From Phycisphaerae bacterium (lineage in GTDB: Bacteria > Planctomycetota > Phycisphaerae > SM23-33), in NCBI GenBank assembly GCA_046539045.1, contig JBKHHU010000001.1, positions 1 through 49,348 of the forward strand: DNA of 49,348 nt, in the 5' to 3' direction. The number at the start of each line of letters is the position of its first letter. Position 1 is the first letter of the stretch. The translations under genes were made by a program, and so were the position numbers. Positions 30,217 through 40,290 of the stretch are shown one piece after another. The notes below the pieces were generated by a model. The model saw nothing but the letters and a program-made list of their open reading frames with translations. It did no database searches and was not told the DNA's origin.

Positions 30217-31296
30217 TCAGCGGATCCAGCCGCCCCCGAGCAGCCGGTCGTTTCGGTAAATGACTACCGCCTGGCCGGGGGTGATGGCGTGGACGGGTTC
30301 ATCGAACTCGACGCTGAAGCAGCCGTCGGGGGTCCGGCGGATACGGGCAGGTGCTCCGGCATGGTTGTACCGGATCTGGGCCGTGGCGTGGAATTCCTCC
30401 GGAACGGTTGTATGCCAGTTGGCGTTGTCGGCCTGCAGGCGGGTCATCATCACCTGCTCTTTGGGGCCGATCGTCACCCGGGCGGCTTCGGCGTCGATGT
30501 GAGTCACGTAGTACGGTTCACCCATCGCCACGCCCAGTCCGCGTCGCTGCCCGATGGTGTACTTGCCGTACCCGTCGTGCCGGCCCAGAACGTTGCCTTC
30601 GGTGTCTACGATCTGGCCGGGTGTCATCGTCTCGGGAGCCCGGTCGGCGATGAACGAAACGTAATCGTCGTCCGGCACGAAGCAGACTTCCTGGCTGTCG
30701 GGCTTGTCGTGGACCTCCAGACCGAGTTGCCGGGCCCGGTCGCGGACGGTCTGCTTGTCGCCGATTTCGCCGATCGGCAGCAGAATCCGCGAAAGATACT
30801 CCCGCCGAATACCGAACAAAGCATAGCTCTGGTCCTTGGGGCGATGGACACCTCGAAGGACGGCCGGCTCGCCTTCGGGATCGCCGCGGCGGGCGTAATG
30901 CCCGGTGGTCAGGAACTCGCACCCGCTGTCGTCGGCGATTTCCACGAGCAGCCCGAACTTGATCAGGCGATTGCAGAACAGGCACGGATTGGGCGTGCGT
31001 CCGCGGACATACTCGCGCGTGAAGTACTCGACGACCGGGCGGAACTGCTCGTCCATGTCGACGATCTGCAGCGGGATGTCCAACCGCTCGGCCATGGCTT
31101 GCGCGTCGGCGGCGTGGGCGGCGTTGGAGCAGATACCTTCCAGCGTGTCGGCGTTCTTGCCATGGCCAAGGCGAAGGAAACAGCCGTGTACCTCATGACC
31201 CTGTTCCAGCAGGAGATCAGCGGCAACCGAGGAGTCGACCCCGCCGCTCATCGCCAGCAGCACCTTTGTCTTCGCGTGGCGTGTCATGCGGGACAT
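30217..31296 (-). CDS. mnmA: tRNA 2-thiouridine(34) synthase
   Basis: Track ORF 30217..31572 trimmed (ATG 31296 or 31287). PP-loop VLLAMSGGVDSSVAA. Conserved PNPCLFCN and KDQSY motifs. Confidence 0.9.
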   Translation of the reverse strand: MSRMTRHAKTKVLLAMSGGVDSSVAADLLLEQGHEVHGCFLRLGHGKNADTLEGICSNAAHAADAQAMAERLDIPLQIVDMDEQFRPVVEYFTREYVRGRTPNPCLFCNRLIKFGLLVEIADDSGCEFLTTGHYARRGDPEGEPAVLRGVHRPKDQSYALFGIRREYLSRILLPIGEIGDKQTVRDRARQLGLEVHDKPDSQEVCFVPDDDYVSFIADRAPETMTPGQIVDTEGNVLGRHDGYGKYTIGQRRGLGVAMGEPYYVTHIDAEAARVTIGPKEQVMMTRLQADNANWHTTVPEEFHATAQIRYNHAGAPARIRRTPDGCFSVEFDEPVHAITPGQAVVIYRNDRLLGGGWIR

Positions 31297-31392
31297 TCTA
31301 GTGAGCCGCCAAGGCGGAGCACAAGGCCCTGTGGGCAGGAGGATTGACAAATACCGCCTCGGCGTTTCTACTGTTGCACACCCTGTATCAGC

Positions 31393-32184
31393 GTGCGAAA
31401 GGATAAACTCATCGAAACCAGTCAGACAGAGCAGACCCCGGAGCCTACCGTCGAGCAGGACGTGCCGCATTGCCCGCGGTGTGAGATGGAAGTCTCGATA
31501 GAGGCGGAGTTCTGCGAGCATTGCGGGGCGAAGCTGGGCGAGCACCTGGACGTGCCCTGGTGGCATCTGCACCGGCGTTTATACGATTGGGTACTGGCTT
31601 GGGCGTATCGTCCGACCGCGGCCGTGGCGTTGTTCGTACAGGCTTTTGCCGCAAGCAGTTTCTTTCCGATCCCTCCGGATGTGCTGCTGATGCCGCTGGT
31701 GCTGGGCAACCGCAAGCGGTGGATTCGCTACGCGTTGATCTGCTCTACCGGGAGTGTGCTTGGCGCGATGACCGGATTCTGTATAGGCTGGCTTGCATGG
31801 GGCAGCGGGGTCGACCATCTGTTTTATAACTACGTCCCGGGCTTTACACCGGAGGTGTTTAACGACGTCAGCAACCTGTACGAGGAATATAATTTCTGGA
31901 TTGTGTTTACGGCCGGGTTCACGCCGATCCCGTTCAAGGTATTCACGGTTACTGCAGGCGTGTTTGGCACCGGAGAGCAAGTCGCCAGTCCGCCTGGATT
32001 CTTCGCGGTCTTCGTGGTTGCGGCGGTCGTCAGTCGGTCGGCCAGGTTTTTCATCGTGGCCGGGCTGATGCGGCTGTTCGGGCCGAAGATAACCCCGTTC
32101 ATCGACAAATACTTCAATTGGTTGGCGCTGTTGTTTACCGCGTTGTTGATCGGCGGGTTCATCGCCATAAAGTACGCACACTGA
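31393..32184 (+). CDS. YqaA/DedA-related (SNARE-associated-like) membrane protein with an N-terminal zinc ribbon
   Basis: 263 aa, GTG start. CPRC-x12-CEHC ribbon, then the YqaA-like core (FFPIPPDVLLMPLVL..GFTPIPFKVFTVTAGV). Confidence 0.65.
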   Translation: MRKDKLIETSQTEQTPEPTVEQDVPHCPRCEMEVSIEAEFCEHCGAKLGEHLDVPWWHLHRRLYDWVLAWAYRPTAAVALFVQAFAASSFFPIPPDVLLMPLVLGNRKRWIRYALICSTGSVLGAMTGFCIGWLAWGSGVDHLFYNYVPGFTPEVFNDVSNLYEEYNFWIVFTAGFTPIPFKVFTVTAGVFGTGEQVASPPGFFAVFVVAAVVSRSARFFIVAGLMRLFGPKITPFIDKYFNWLALLFTALLIGGFIAIKYAH

Positions 32185-32206
32185 CAGCGCCTGGAAAGGA
32201 TGATCG

Positions 32207-32755
32207 ATGCCACTGTCGGAGGAAGAGAAACACCAACTCTGGTCGCTGGCAAAGCAGGCGGTAGAGTCGGCCGTGCGGGATCAGCCCAAGCCGAAACCGC
32301 ACTCGCACAAGGGCGTGCTGGGCGAGACACGCGGCTGTTTTGTGACGGTCAAGAACAACGGGCGTTTGCGCGGGTGCATCGGCACGTTCCAAGCGCAAGC
32401 TCCGTTGGCAGAGACGGTTGTGGAGATGGGACGGCAGTCCACCAACGACCCGCGTTTCGTGCTGGACCCGATCACTCCCGACGAACTGGACGAAATTACC
32501 ATAGAGGTCTCTGTGCTGAGCCCGCTGCAGGAGACCGAGAATCCGGAAGAACTGACCGTCGGCGAGCACGGGATTTACATCATCTCACCCTACGGTTCCG
32601 GGTGCTTTCTTCCGGAGGTAGCCACCGAACTGAACTGGTCGGCTGAGGAGTTCCTGACCAACTGCTGCACCCACAAAGCAGGCCTGCCGCCGGACGCCTG
32701 GAAACGCGACGACACCCGCGTGTTCCTGTTTACGTCGGAGAAGTTTGAGAAGTGA
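32207..32755 (+). CDS. AMMECR1-domain protein (AmmeMemoRadiSam system protein A-like)
   Basis: 182 aa. Signature GCFVTVKNNGRLRGCIGTF and DPRF..L..I.IEVSVLSPL. Confidence 0.85.
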   Translation: MPLSEEEKHQLWSLAKQAVESAVRDQPKPKPHSHKGVLGETRGCFVTVKNNGRLRGCIGTFQAQAPLAETVVEMGRQSTNDPRFVLDPITPDELDEITIEVSVLSPLQETENPEELTVGEHGIYIISPYGSGCFLPEVATELNWSAEEFLTNCCTHKAGLPPDAWKRDDTRVFLFTSEKFEK

Positions 32756-32847
32756 TGAGAAGGTAGCAGGGCGTCTGCGTCGGGTGGGGCACCTGCCGTT
32801 GCCACTGCGAATTCACGAATCAACGAATTCACGAGGTAACGGAAACT

Positions 32848-33315
32848 CTACTTCTTCCCCATCGCCCGTTTTTTGCGGAAGAATTCTGTCAGCAGTCTGC
32901 CGCATTTGTCGGCCAGGACACCGGCGGTGACCTCGCAGCGGTGGTTGAGGCGGTCGTCGGTGCAGAGATTGTAGAGCGTATCGACGGCCCCGGCCTTTGG
33001 GTCGCTCGCCCCGTACACCACCCGCGGAATTCTCGCCAGCACGATCGCCCCGGCGCACATGCAGCAGGGCTCCAGGGTGACATACAGCGTGCACTCCTCC
33101 AGACGCCAATCGCTCAGAGCCTCAGCCGCCCGGCGAATGGCGATCATCTCGGCGTGGCCGGTCGGGTCTTTGTCGATGATCCGACGATTGTGGGCCGCGG
33201 CCACGATTTCGCCGTCCCGCTCGATCACGCAGCCGATGGGTACGTCGTCCAGTTGCTCGGCCAGTCGGGCCTGCTCGATCGCCAGAAGCATCATGTCCTC
33301 GTCGTGAGCACCCAT
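32848..33315 (-). CDS. tadA: tRNA adenosine(34) deaminase
   Basis: Track ORF 32848..33702 trimmed to [16 protein letters not shown]. Zinc motifs HAEMIAI and [12 protein letters not shown]. The ATG overlaps the miaA stop (TGATG). Confidence 0.9.
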   Translation of the reverse strand: MGAHDEDMMLLAIEQARLAEQLDDVPIGCVIERDGEIVAAAHNRRIIDKDPTGHAEMIAIRRAAEALSDWRLEECTLYVTLEPCCMCAGAIVLARIPRVVYGASDPKAGAVDTLYNLCTDDRLNHRCEVTAGVLADKCGRLLTEFFRKKRAMGKK

Positions 33316-34262
33316 CAAGAGAACTCCACTTCGCTCATGATCCGGTCGGCGAGACCCTCGGCTGTCTCTTCCTCGGCGACGTCGAACCAGGTCACATCCT
33401 GCCATCGCCGCATCCACGTCCGCTGCTTCTTGGCGAGCCGGCGCGTATTGATCTTGATCCGCTCGAATGCCTCCTCGACGGTGCACTTGCCCTGAAAGTG
33501 GTCGATCAACTCCGCGTAGCCCACCGCTTGGGCTGCCTGGGGGCTGAGCCCGCGCGGGTCGCCAAGCAGGGCCCGCACTTCCTCCACCAGCCCGAGATCC
33601 ATCATCTTCTTCGCCCGGGCGTTGATCCGCCGGTTCTGCTCGTCCTTCGGGCGTCGCAGGCCGATGCGGACGCAATCGTATCGGTCCGGCTGATCGTTCC
33701 ATTGACGCTGCAGTTCGCTGATGGGCGTGCCGCTCGTGCGGTACACTTCCAGGGCTCGGACGATGCGTTTTTCGTCATTGGGGTGGATTCGCCGGGCGGC
33801 GTCAGGGTCGACCTCGGACAGTTCGTCGTGCAGGGAGGCAAGGCCCCGGCTGCGAATCTCCTGCTCGAGTTGCCGGCGGAGTTCGGGATCGGCCTTGGGG
33901 CCCTCAAACAGGCCTTCGGACAGGGCCTTGATGTACAGACTCGTTCCGCCGACGGCGAGGGGGATCTTCCCGGCGTTGCGGATCTCGGTCACCGCCCGGT
34001 CGGCATCCTCGACGAATCGGGCGACCGAGTAGCTCTCCCACGGTTCGACGACGTCAACGCAGTGGTGCGGAATTTGAGCGCGAACATCGGCCGGCGGCTT
34101 GGCCGTGCCGATATCCATGCGTTTGTACACTTTCATCGAGTCGACGCTGATGACGTCGGTGTCGAGCCGGCGGGCGATTTCGCGTCCGGTGGCGCCCTTG
34201 CCCGATGCGGTGCATCCGAGAATGAAGTACAGCGTAGTGCTCATGCGGAGGATTGTCCGCAC
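33315..34262 (-). CDS. miaA: tRNA dimethylallyltransferase
   Basis: 315 aa. P-loop [39 protein letters not shown]. An alternative ATG lies at 34244. Confidence 0.9.
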   Translation of the reverse strand: MRTILRMSTTLYFILGCTASGKGATGREIARRLDTDVISVDSMKVYKRMDIGTAKPPADVRAQIPHHCVDVVEPWESYSVARFVEDADRAVTEIRNAGKIPLAVGGTSLYIKALSEGLFEGPKADPELRRQLEQEIRSRGLASLHDELSEVDPDAARRIHPNDEKRIVRALEVYRTSGTPISELQRQWNDQPDRYDCVRIGLRRPKDEQNRRINARAKKMMDLGLVEEVRALLGDPRGLSPQAAQAVGYAELIDHFQGKCTVEEAFERIKINTRRLAKKQRTWMRRWQDVTWFDVAEEETAEGLADRIMSEVEFS

Positions 34263-34457
34263 CGGGAGCGGCTATGTCAAGACAGGTGCAGCCGGGTCAG
34301 CCTGCGCGGGGCGGTCGACCTTGCGCCACGGCCCGGCGACCGGCAGAACGCAGCTGCATTGCCGCCGAAAGGCCCATTCCCAGCATGACCAGCACGATGA
34401 CGTGGCACAGCACGCGAGGTCCGCCCGTTACTGTGCCTGAAACAGGCAGCCGGTGTT

Positions 34458-35201
34458 TCAGCTTTCCTGCATGACATCTTCGGGCATATCGGCGTTCATG
34501 TAGATATTCTGGACGTCGTCGTGTTCTTCCAGGGCGTCCATCATCCTCATGATCTTCTCTGCCGTGTCGCGTTCGACGGCTACCTGGTTGCTGGGAACCA
34601 TGGCCAGTTCGGATGAGACGGTTTCGATGCCCTTGGCTTCCAGTTCGGCCTTGACGTCTCGGTAGGCTTCGGGCGAGCAGGTGATCTCGTACAGATCGCC
34701 GTCGGCTTCGACATCGTCGGCGCCTGCTTCGAGGGCGATTTCCATGAGGGTATCTTCGTCGGCCTTGTCCGACGAGACGGCGAAGGTACCTTTCTTCTCG
34801 AACATCCATGCCACGCATCCGCTGGAGCCGAGCTGCCCGCCGACGCGTTCAAAGATCTTACGCATCTCCGGTGCGGTGCGGTTACGGTTGTCGGTCAGGC
34901 AATCGACCAGGAACGCCACGCCATTGGGGCCGTAGCCTTCGTAGATGACCTGCTCGTAGTTCTGTCCGCCGATCTCGCCGGTGCCCTTCTTGATCGCATT
35001 CTTGATCGTATCCTTGGGCATGTTGGCTTCTTTGGCGTCGTCGATCGCGTAGCGCAGGGTCAGGTTCTCGTCCGGATCGCCACCACCTGCGCGGGCGGCT
35101 ACGATGATCCGGCGAGCGATTTTCGACCAGACGGCGCCGCGTTTGGCATCGTTTGCTGCTTTGGCCCGCTTGATGCGAGCCCAATGAGAATGTCCTGCCA
35201 T
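34458..35201 (-). CDS. YebC/PmpR family DNA-binding transcriptional regulator
   Basis: Track ORF trimmed to the canonical MAGHSHWARIKRAKAANDAKRG N-terminus. 247 aa. Confidence 0.9.
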   Translation of the reverse strand: MAGHSHWARIKRAKAANDAKRGAVWSKIARRIIVAARAGGGDPDENLTLRYAIDDAKEANMPKDTIKNAIKKGTGEIGGQNYEQVIYEGYGPNGVAFLVDCLTDNRNRTAPEMRKIFERVGGQLGSSGCVAWMFEKKGTFAVSSDKADEDTLMEIALEAGADDVEADGDLYEITCSPEAYRDVKAELEAKGIETVSSELAMVPSNQVAVERDTAEKIMRMMDALEEHDDVQNIYMNADMPEDVMQES

Positions 35202-35406
35202 GGGTAAGGATACTCCGTTTCGGAGAGAGAACAAATCGATCTGCCTGCGGATCCGATAGTTACGCCCGGATCAGGCCGGCTGTATGCCGGCGGGGGAGCG
35301 ACACTCGTCTCCGCGCCGGGTTCAGTGAGACATCACACAGGGGCGATTATACGCTTTTCCCCGGTCTTGTCAGCGCTCTTTTGAGGTGCGTTGAGGGCGC
35401 AAAACG

Positions 35407-35434
35407 GCCAGGTGGGTCACAGGACCCACCTGGC
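35407..35434. repeat. REP-like palindrome copy (GCCAGGTGGGTC ACAG GACCCACCTGGC)
   Basis: 12-bp stem, 38 nt downstream of the TPR gene stop. Shares the GGTGGGTC..GACCCACC core. Confidence 0.8.
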
Positions 35435-35471
35435 GCAGGCGAACGGTTGCCGGATTGTCCGAGTCGGGCTG

Positions 35472-38400
35472 CTAGGGCTTGCCCTGCGCTTCTTTGGCTG
35501 TGGGGGCAACCGGTGCGGGTTTGCCTTCCTCGACGGCCTTGATCTTGGCGGCTACGCTCTTGGCCACGTCCTCGCCCTCGCTGTCGGCGGGGACGGCCGT
35601 TTGAGCACGCTCCGCCGCCCATTTCCAGGTTTTGACAGCCTCGTCGGTCCAGCCGAGCCGGTAGAGGGTATCTCCGGCATGTTCCAAAATCACGGGATGC
35701 TGGTACTCTTGTATGTCGAGTTTGTCGGTTTTTCGACGGGCATCATTCAGCACGGCCTGGAACAAGGTGCCCGCCTGTCCGAACTGCTCCTGCTTGTAGT
35801 AAATCCACGCCAGGGTATCGATGAAGTGGACCGGTTCGGTCCGGTCCTCTGCCAGTGCCAGACGGATCAACTGCTCGGCCTCGTCCAGCTTGCTGTTCAT
35901 CTCGGCCAGGGTGTAGGCGAGGTTGTTCCGGTAATTGGCGCGGGTGCTGCGGAGCTCGCGAATCTCGGAAGACGTCGCCGGCTGGGTGCGCGAAGCATGC
36001 CAGGCATCCGAACTTTCGAGCGTCTCCAGCGCCTTTCGGAGCATGATGACGGCATCTTCGCCCTTGCCCAGGTTCTCCAGCGCCGTGGCCTGAAGCACCA
36101 TCAGTTCGTAGCTGTCTTTCTGGTCGGGCAGCCGCAGGTACTCCTCGGCCAATACCGCCGCTTGGCGGTACTTGTTCTGCCCCATCAGACTGCTGACGAT
36201 GGTGCGTCGGCACCAGCGGATGGCCTTGTTGATGCGCGCGAGCTTCTGCGTGGGGGTGAAGGTTTCGATGGGCGGCGAATCCGAGTCCTCGGTGCTTTCC
36301 TTGTCTACCGCAGGCAGGATTTTCTGCCGCCGGTCGATCAAGTCCTTCAGCCAGGTGCGGCAGAGCTCTTCGGCGCGGGCATTTTTGTCGGCGAGTTGCA
36401 GGGCCATAACAGCCGACTGTCGCGGCTGGAGGGCAGTGGGATCTTCCTTGAGCCACTCCCCAGCATGTTTGACGGCTTGGTCGGTCTTCTCCCAGTTCCC
36501 GTAGGTCCACAGCAGCAGTTCGCGGAAATCGTTCTTCTGGTCGGCGAACTCCTGATCCTTCAGCGTGGCCTGAATCATTTTCTCGGCGAGCTCAAATTTC
36601 TCGGCGATGATCAGGTCGTAGATCGCATACCGCCGCATGCTTCCCTTTTCTTCCCCGATATCATCGGCGTATTCCAGAGCCTGCTCGATCTTGCCGCTAC
36701 GGGCGAGCATCGTCAGCTTCGGCATCTGGTAAGCGTCCCGCTGACGTTCGGTCGAAGCGCCCTGGAGTTTCTTCTCGGCCAGGGCGATTCCTTTCTCAAA
36801 CTCCTCGGCCTTGATGTGGATGTCGATGACGGCCCGGCTGAGGTAGTGCATCTGCAGGCTCTGCATCGCCTGTTCTTCAGCAGACGATTCTTTCTGCAGT
36901 TGCTTCAGATAGTCGGTACCGAGCTCGACGGCTTTATCGTACTGGTCCAGTCGGACCAGCGTGTTCAGGAGGTCAAGCCGGTACCAGACCTGGTTGGGTG
37001 CCTGCTCGACCAGGTCCTTGTACTTCTGCAGAGCTTTGGCGTGCTGGCCGGCGCGGCTGAACGATTCGGCGGCGTTCTGCAACGCGTTGGAATATCCCGG
37101 CCGGAGTTCATGGATCTTCGACCAGACTCCGGCGGCTTCGGCGTGTTTGCCTTCCCGGTTCAGCAGTTCGGCAAGAAGAGCCATCGCCCGAGGTTTGTCT
37201 TCGGCCGACGCAATGGCTTTGCGCAGCATCTCGACGGCCTGCTCGAAGTCCTTCTTGGGCAGCATTCCCTTGTGCTGAGCGATTTCCAGTTTCGCTTTGA
37301 GCAGGGGGATTTCAGGATGCGAGGGATGCTTTCCTGCCAGTTCCTCCAGCAGCGGCAGGGCCTTGTCGGGGCTCTGGGTTTCGATGTAGTATTCGATCAG
37401 CAGGATCGTCGACAGCGGGCTGTCGGGGTGCTCGCGGATCAGTCGGCCGACGATTGTGCGGGCTTGGGTTTTCCGTTTTCGGCGGATGTAGTAATTGAAC
37501 AGCCGGCGATGGATGTCGGGTGTCTTCCCCCGCGTCAGCGCCTGGACCAGGTATTTCTCGACCCGTCCATGTTCGCCGGACGCCTCGGCGGCCTCTGCCA
37601 GCAGCAGGAGCGTCGGGAGGTGCGTCGGATTCGCCTGGTGGGCCAATCGCAAGCTTGCCAATGCCTTGCCGGGTTTGCCCTGGCTCATAAACGCCTTGCC
37701 TTGGGCGAATTCGATGAACCATTCCTCCAGGCCGGATTTCTCCATCTCGTCCAGAAGCTTCTCCACGCGGTCGTATCGGCGGTTTGCCAGGTGGATCTCC
37801 AGCAGCGCGTCATATGCCGAGCGGAAGTGTTTCCTGGCCCGCGTGGCTCGCTGAAACTGGTCGGCGGCCAGTAGATCCCGCCCTCTGGCATGGGCGAAAT
37901 GGCCCGCGACCAGCAGCATCCACGGTTTTTTCTCCGAATCGTCTGCCATCGCCTTGCGGGCGAACTGGCGATCGGCGTTCTCCGGCACCTTGGGTGACTT
38001 GGCAAGACGACGCGTCACAGCAGGGACCGCGTCGGCGAAGTTCGAGGTTTTGTTCAGTGTGTCGGCAAGCGTCTGGAGGCCCTTCTCGATTTTTCCGGTC
38101 TTGGCGTAGGCATCGGCAAGCACGCCGGCTGCCGGGGAGTACTCCGGGCGTTCCCGCAGCACGTCTTCCACGATGGTGATGACGTCGTCGGCTGCGCCTT
38201 GACGCAGTGCGGCCCGGGCAAGGGAGGTGCTGACGCCCGGACCGGCCGCTCCACGCTGGATGTACCCTCTCCACAATCGCAGAGGCAGTTTCGGATCGTC
38301 GGAGGCCGCCGTGAGCTTCACCGTGAATTCGCGACAGATCTGCTCGAGTCCGGGCTCGTTGCACATGTCTATCAGCAGTTCCTCGACCGTCTCGTATCGC

Positions 38401-39314
38401 TCGGCCTGCAGGGCGGCTGAGAGCAGCATTCGAGCTGTGATGGCGTTGCTTCGGTCGCGACGGTAAGCCCGTTTCAGGAGCGTGACGGCTTTGTCGGTAC
38501 GCTCCAATTTGCCCAGCAGTGCCCCGCGGCGCAGCAGGAGTTGCTCGGATTTACTCACCATCGGCTCGAGCAGTTCGCTGCCGGAATAGGCCCGCGGGTG
38601 CCGGTCGATGTTCTCACTGAGGCGGTTGTAGGCTTCCAGTGCGGCGGTGGTGTATCCACGCTGGTCGAGCAGGCCGCCCAGCAGATACAGCGCCTCCCCG
38701 GTCAGGGGATTCTCCGGTTTGGCGTCGGAGCTCTCCAAGGCAGTACGGAGTGTGAGGATCGCCTGGGGAATCTGTTTCTGGGCCATCTGAAGCTTGCCCA
38801 GGAGCATCTGCAATTCGAGATTGTCGCTGTCGTGCTCGGCCGCCTTGGCGAACTGACGCAATGCCTTGCCAAGTTGTTTGCGAACCATATATACCTTGCC
38901 GAGTTGCATCCGCAGTTGGGGATTGTTGGGGTTGAATCCCACCGCGCGTTCGAGCTTGGCTGTGGCGTTAATATAGTCGCCCTTGTCCAGCAGCGTTTGG
39001 GCGTCCTGAGAGAGGCGCTTGGCCAGGGGGTGCAGACGCGCTTTGGACTCGTCGAAGTTCTTGAGTTTGCCGATGCCCGGCTTGAGCTGGTCGAGCGAGA
39101 GAACTTCCTTAGGGGGAGCCGACGGTTTGGTTTCCGGTCCGGCTTGTGTGGTGGGGCTGGTCGTGGTAGTGGGTGTGGTGGTCGCGGCAGGCGAGGGTGC
39201 GGTTGTCGCCGAATCCCCCTCGCCCCCGGCCGCCAGGGGGATGCACCAGAACGATGCAACCCCCGCGGCCACGATTGTCAGCACTGCGTTGCGTAACGTA
39301 TGGTTCTCAACCAC
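35472..39314 (-). CDS. large secreted tetratricopeptide-repeat protein
   Basis: 1280 aa, GTG start. N-terminal hydrophobic signal (AVLTIVAAGVASFWCIPLAAG) and a Thr/Pro-rich linker. After these come dozens of 34-aa TPR-like units (..A...L..A....P.N......LG..Y..). Confidence 0.8.
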   Translation of the reverse strand: MVENHTLRNAVLTIVAAGVASFWCIPLAAGGEGDSATTAPSPAATTTPTTTTSPTTQAGPETKPSAPPKEVLSLDQLKPGIGKLKNFDESKARLHPLAKRLSQDAQTLLDKGDYINATAKLERAVGFNPNNPQLRMQLGKVYMVRKQLGKALRQFAKAAEHDSDNLELQMLLGKLQMAQKQIPQAILTLRTALESSDAKPENPLTGEALYLLGGLLDQRGYTTAALEAYNRLSENIDRHPRAYSGSELLEPMVSKSEQLLLRRGALLGKLERTDKAVTLLKRAYRRDRSNAITARMLLSAALQAERYETVEELLIDMCNEPGLEQICREFTVKLTAASDDPKLPLRLWRGYIQRGAAGPGVSTSLARAALRQGAADDVITIVEDVLRERPEYSPAAGVLADAYAKTGKIEKGLQTLADTLNKTSNFADAVPAVTRRLAKSPKVPENADRQFARKAMADDSEKKPWMLLVAGHFAHARGRDLLAADQFQRATRARKHFRSAYDALLEIHLANRRYDRVEKLLDEMEKSGLEEWFIEFAQGKAFMSQGKPGKALASLRLAHQANPTHLPTLLLLAEAAEASGEHGRVEKYLVQALTRGKTPDIHRRLFNYYIRRKRKTQARTIVGRLIREHPDSPLSTILLIEYYIETQSPDKALPLLEELAGKHPSHPEIPLLKAKLEIAQHKGMLPKKDFEQAVEMLRKAIASAEDKPRAMALLAELLNREGKHAEAAGVWSKIHELRPGYSNALQNAAESFSRAGQHAKALQKYKDLVEQAPNQVWYRLDLLNTLVRLDQYDKAVELGTDYLKQLQKESSAEEQAMQSLQMHYLSRAVIDIHIKAEEFEKGIALAEKKLQGASTERQRDAYQMPKLTMLARSGKIEQALEYADDIGEEKGSMRRYAIYDLIIAEKFELAEKMIQATLKDQEFADQKNDFRELLLWTYGNWEKTDQAVKHAGEWLKEDPTALQPRQSAVMALQLADKNARAEELCRTWLKDLIDRRQKILPAVDKESTEDSDSPPIETFTPTQKLARINKAIRWCRRTIVSSLMGQNKYRQAAVLAEEYLRLPDQKDSYELMVLQATALENLGKGEDAVIMLRKALETLESSDAWHASRTQPATSSEIRELRSTRANYRNNLAYTLAEMNSKLDEAEQLIRLALAEDRTEPVHFIDTLAWIYYKQEQFGQAGTLFQAVLNDARRKTDKLDIQEYQHPVILEHAGDTLYRLGWTDEAVKTWKWAAERAQTAVPADSEGEDVAKSVAAKIKAVEEGKPAPVAPTAKEAQGKP

Positions 39315-40201
39315 TAGGGTATCACCTTATTGAGCGGGTACGTTATGATCCCGGTCGCCCCGGCTCGCTTCAGCTCCGGGATCAGTTCTCGTTCGACTTT
39401 TTCTTCGAGGACGACTTCCACGGCAACCCAGTTCTCATCGGCCAGCGAGGAAAGCGTCGGGCTCTTCTCGGCCGGGAGTATCCCGGTCACCGCGTCCAGG
39501 TCCTTCTTCTGGACGTTCATTTTCATGCCGACCTTGACGCGGGCATCGATGGCAGCCTGCAGCAGAAGGGCGATGTTTTCGATCTTCTGGCGTTTCCAGT
39601 CGCTCTCCAGCGCCTGTTTGTTGGCGACGAAGCGCGTGGTGCTGCTCAGCAGCGTGTCGATGACGCGCAGCTTGTTGGCGCGGAGGCTGGAACCGGTCTC
39701 GGTGACGTCGACGATCCCGTCCAGCAGGCGGGCCTTGACCTCGGTCGCGCCCCAGCTGAACTCCACCTTAACCTTAACGTTCCTTTCGGCGAAATATTTC
39801 CGCGTGAACTGGCAGAGTTCGGTGGCGATGATCCCGCCATCGAGGTCCTCGGGCTTCTGTACCGGGCTCTCCTCCGGGACCGCCAGCACCCATCGCACCG
39901 GCCGGAAGTTCTGCTTGGCGTAGACCAGTTCGCTGATCTCGACCACGTCGGAACCGTTCTCCTGGATCCAGTCATGTCCGGTCAGTCCGCAGTCGATCAC
40001 GCCGTCTTCGACGTATCGACTCATCTCCTGGGCGCGGAACATCAGGATCGACATCTGATCGTCGTCGACGCTGGGCGTGTAGCTGCGCGACGAAACGGAG
40101 ATGTTGAACCCGGCCCGTCGGAACAGGTCCAGGGTGCTTTCCTGCAGCGAACCTTTGGGGATACCAAGTACGAGTTTGTCCTTCGAGGTCTTCTGAGCCA
40201 T
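39314..40201 (-). CDS. hisG: ATP phosphoribosyltransferase, long form
   Basis: 295 aa. [32 protein letters not shown]. The C-terminal regulatory domain is present (long HisG). Confidence 0.9.
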   Translation of the reverse strand: MAQKTSKDKLVLGIPKGSLQESTLDLFRRAGFNISVSSRSYTPSVDDDQMSILMFRAQEMSRYVEDGVIDCGLTGHDWIQENGSDVVEISELVYAKQNFRPVRWVLAVPEESPVQKPEDLDGGIIATELCQFTRKYFAERNVKVKVEFSWGATEVKARLLDGIVDVTETGSSLRANKLRVIDTLLSSTTRFVANKQALESDWKRQKIENIALLLQAAIDARVKVGMKMNVQKKDLDAVTGILPAEKSPTLSSLADENWVAVEVVLEEKVERELIPELKRAGATGIITYPLNKVIP

Positions 40202-40290
40202 TCTGTGGTTGCCTTTTCTTTACAGCGCTAAGATTGTTCGTCTTCCCGCGGCCGATCCTGCAGGACCCGTCGCCGGCGTGCGTTCGGTGA

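Noticed and set aside
32848-33702. Long N-terminal extensions of track ORFs (tadA 284 aa; also yfcE-like 26059.., cupin ..5357, mnmA ..31572, pyk ..28558, csp ..28868, RNase H 10362.., TetR 16886.., GH42 ..24459)
   Set aside because: The extensions overlap neighbouring genes or terminators and are Arg/Pro/Gly-rich junk. Conserved family N-termini begin at internal ATGs, several with Shine-Dalgarno-like sequences or ATGA/TGATG coupling.
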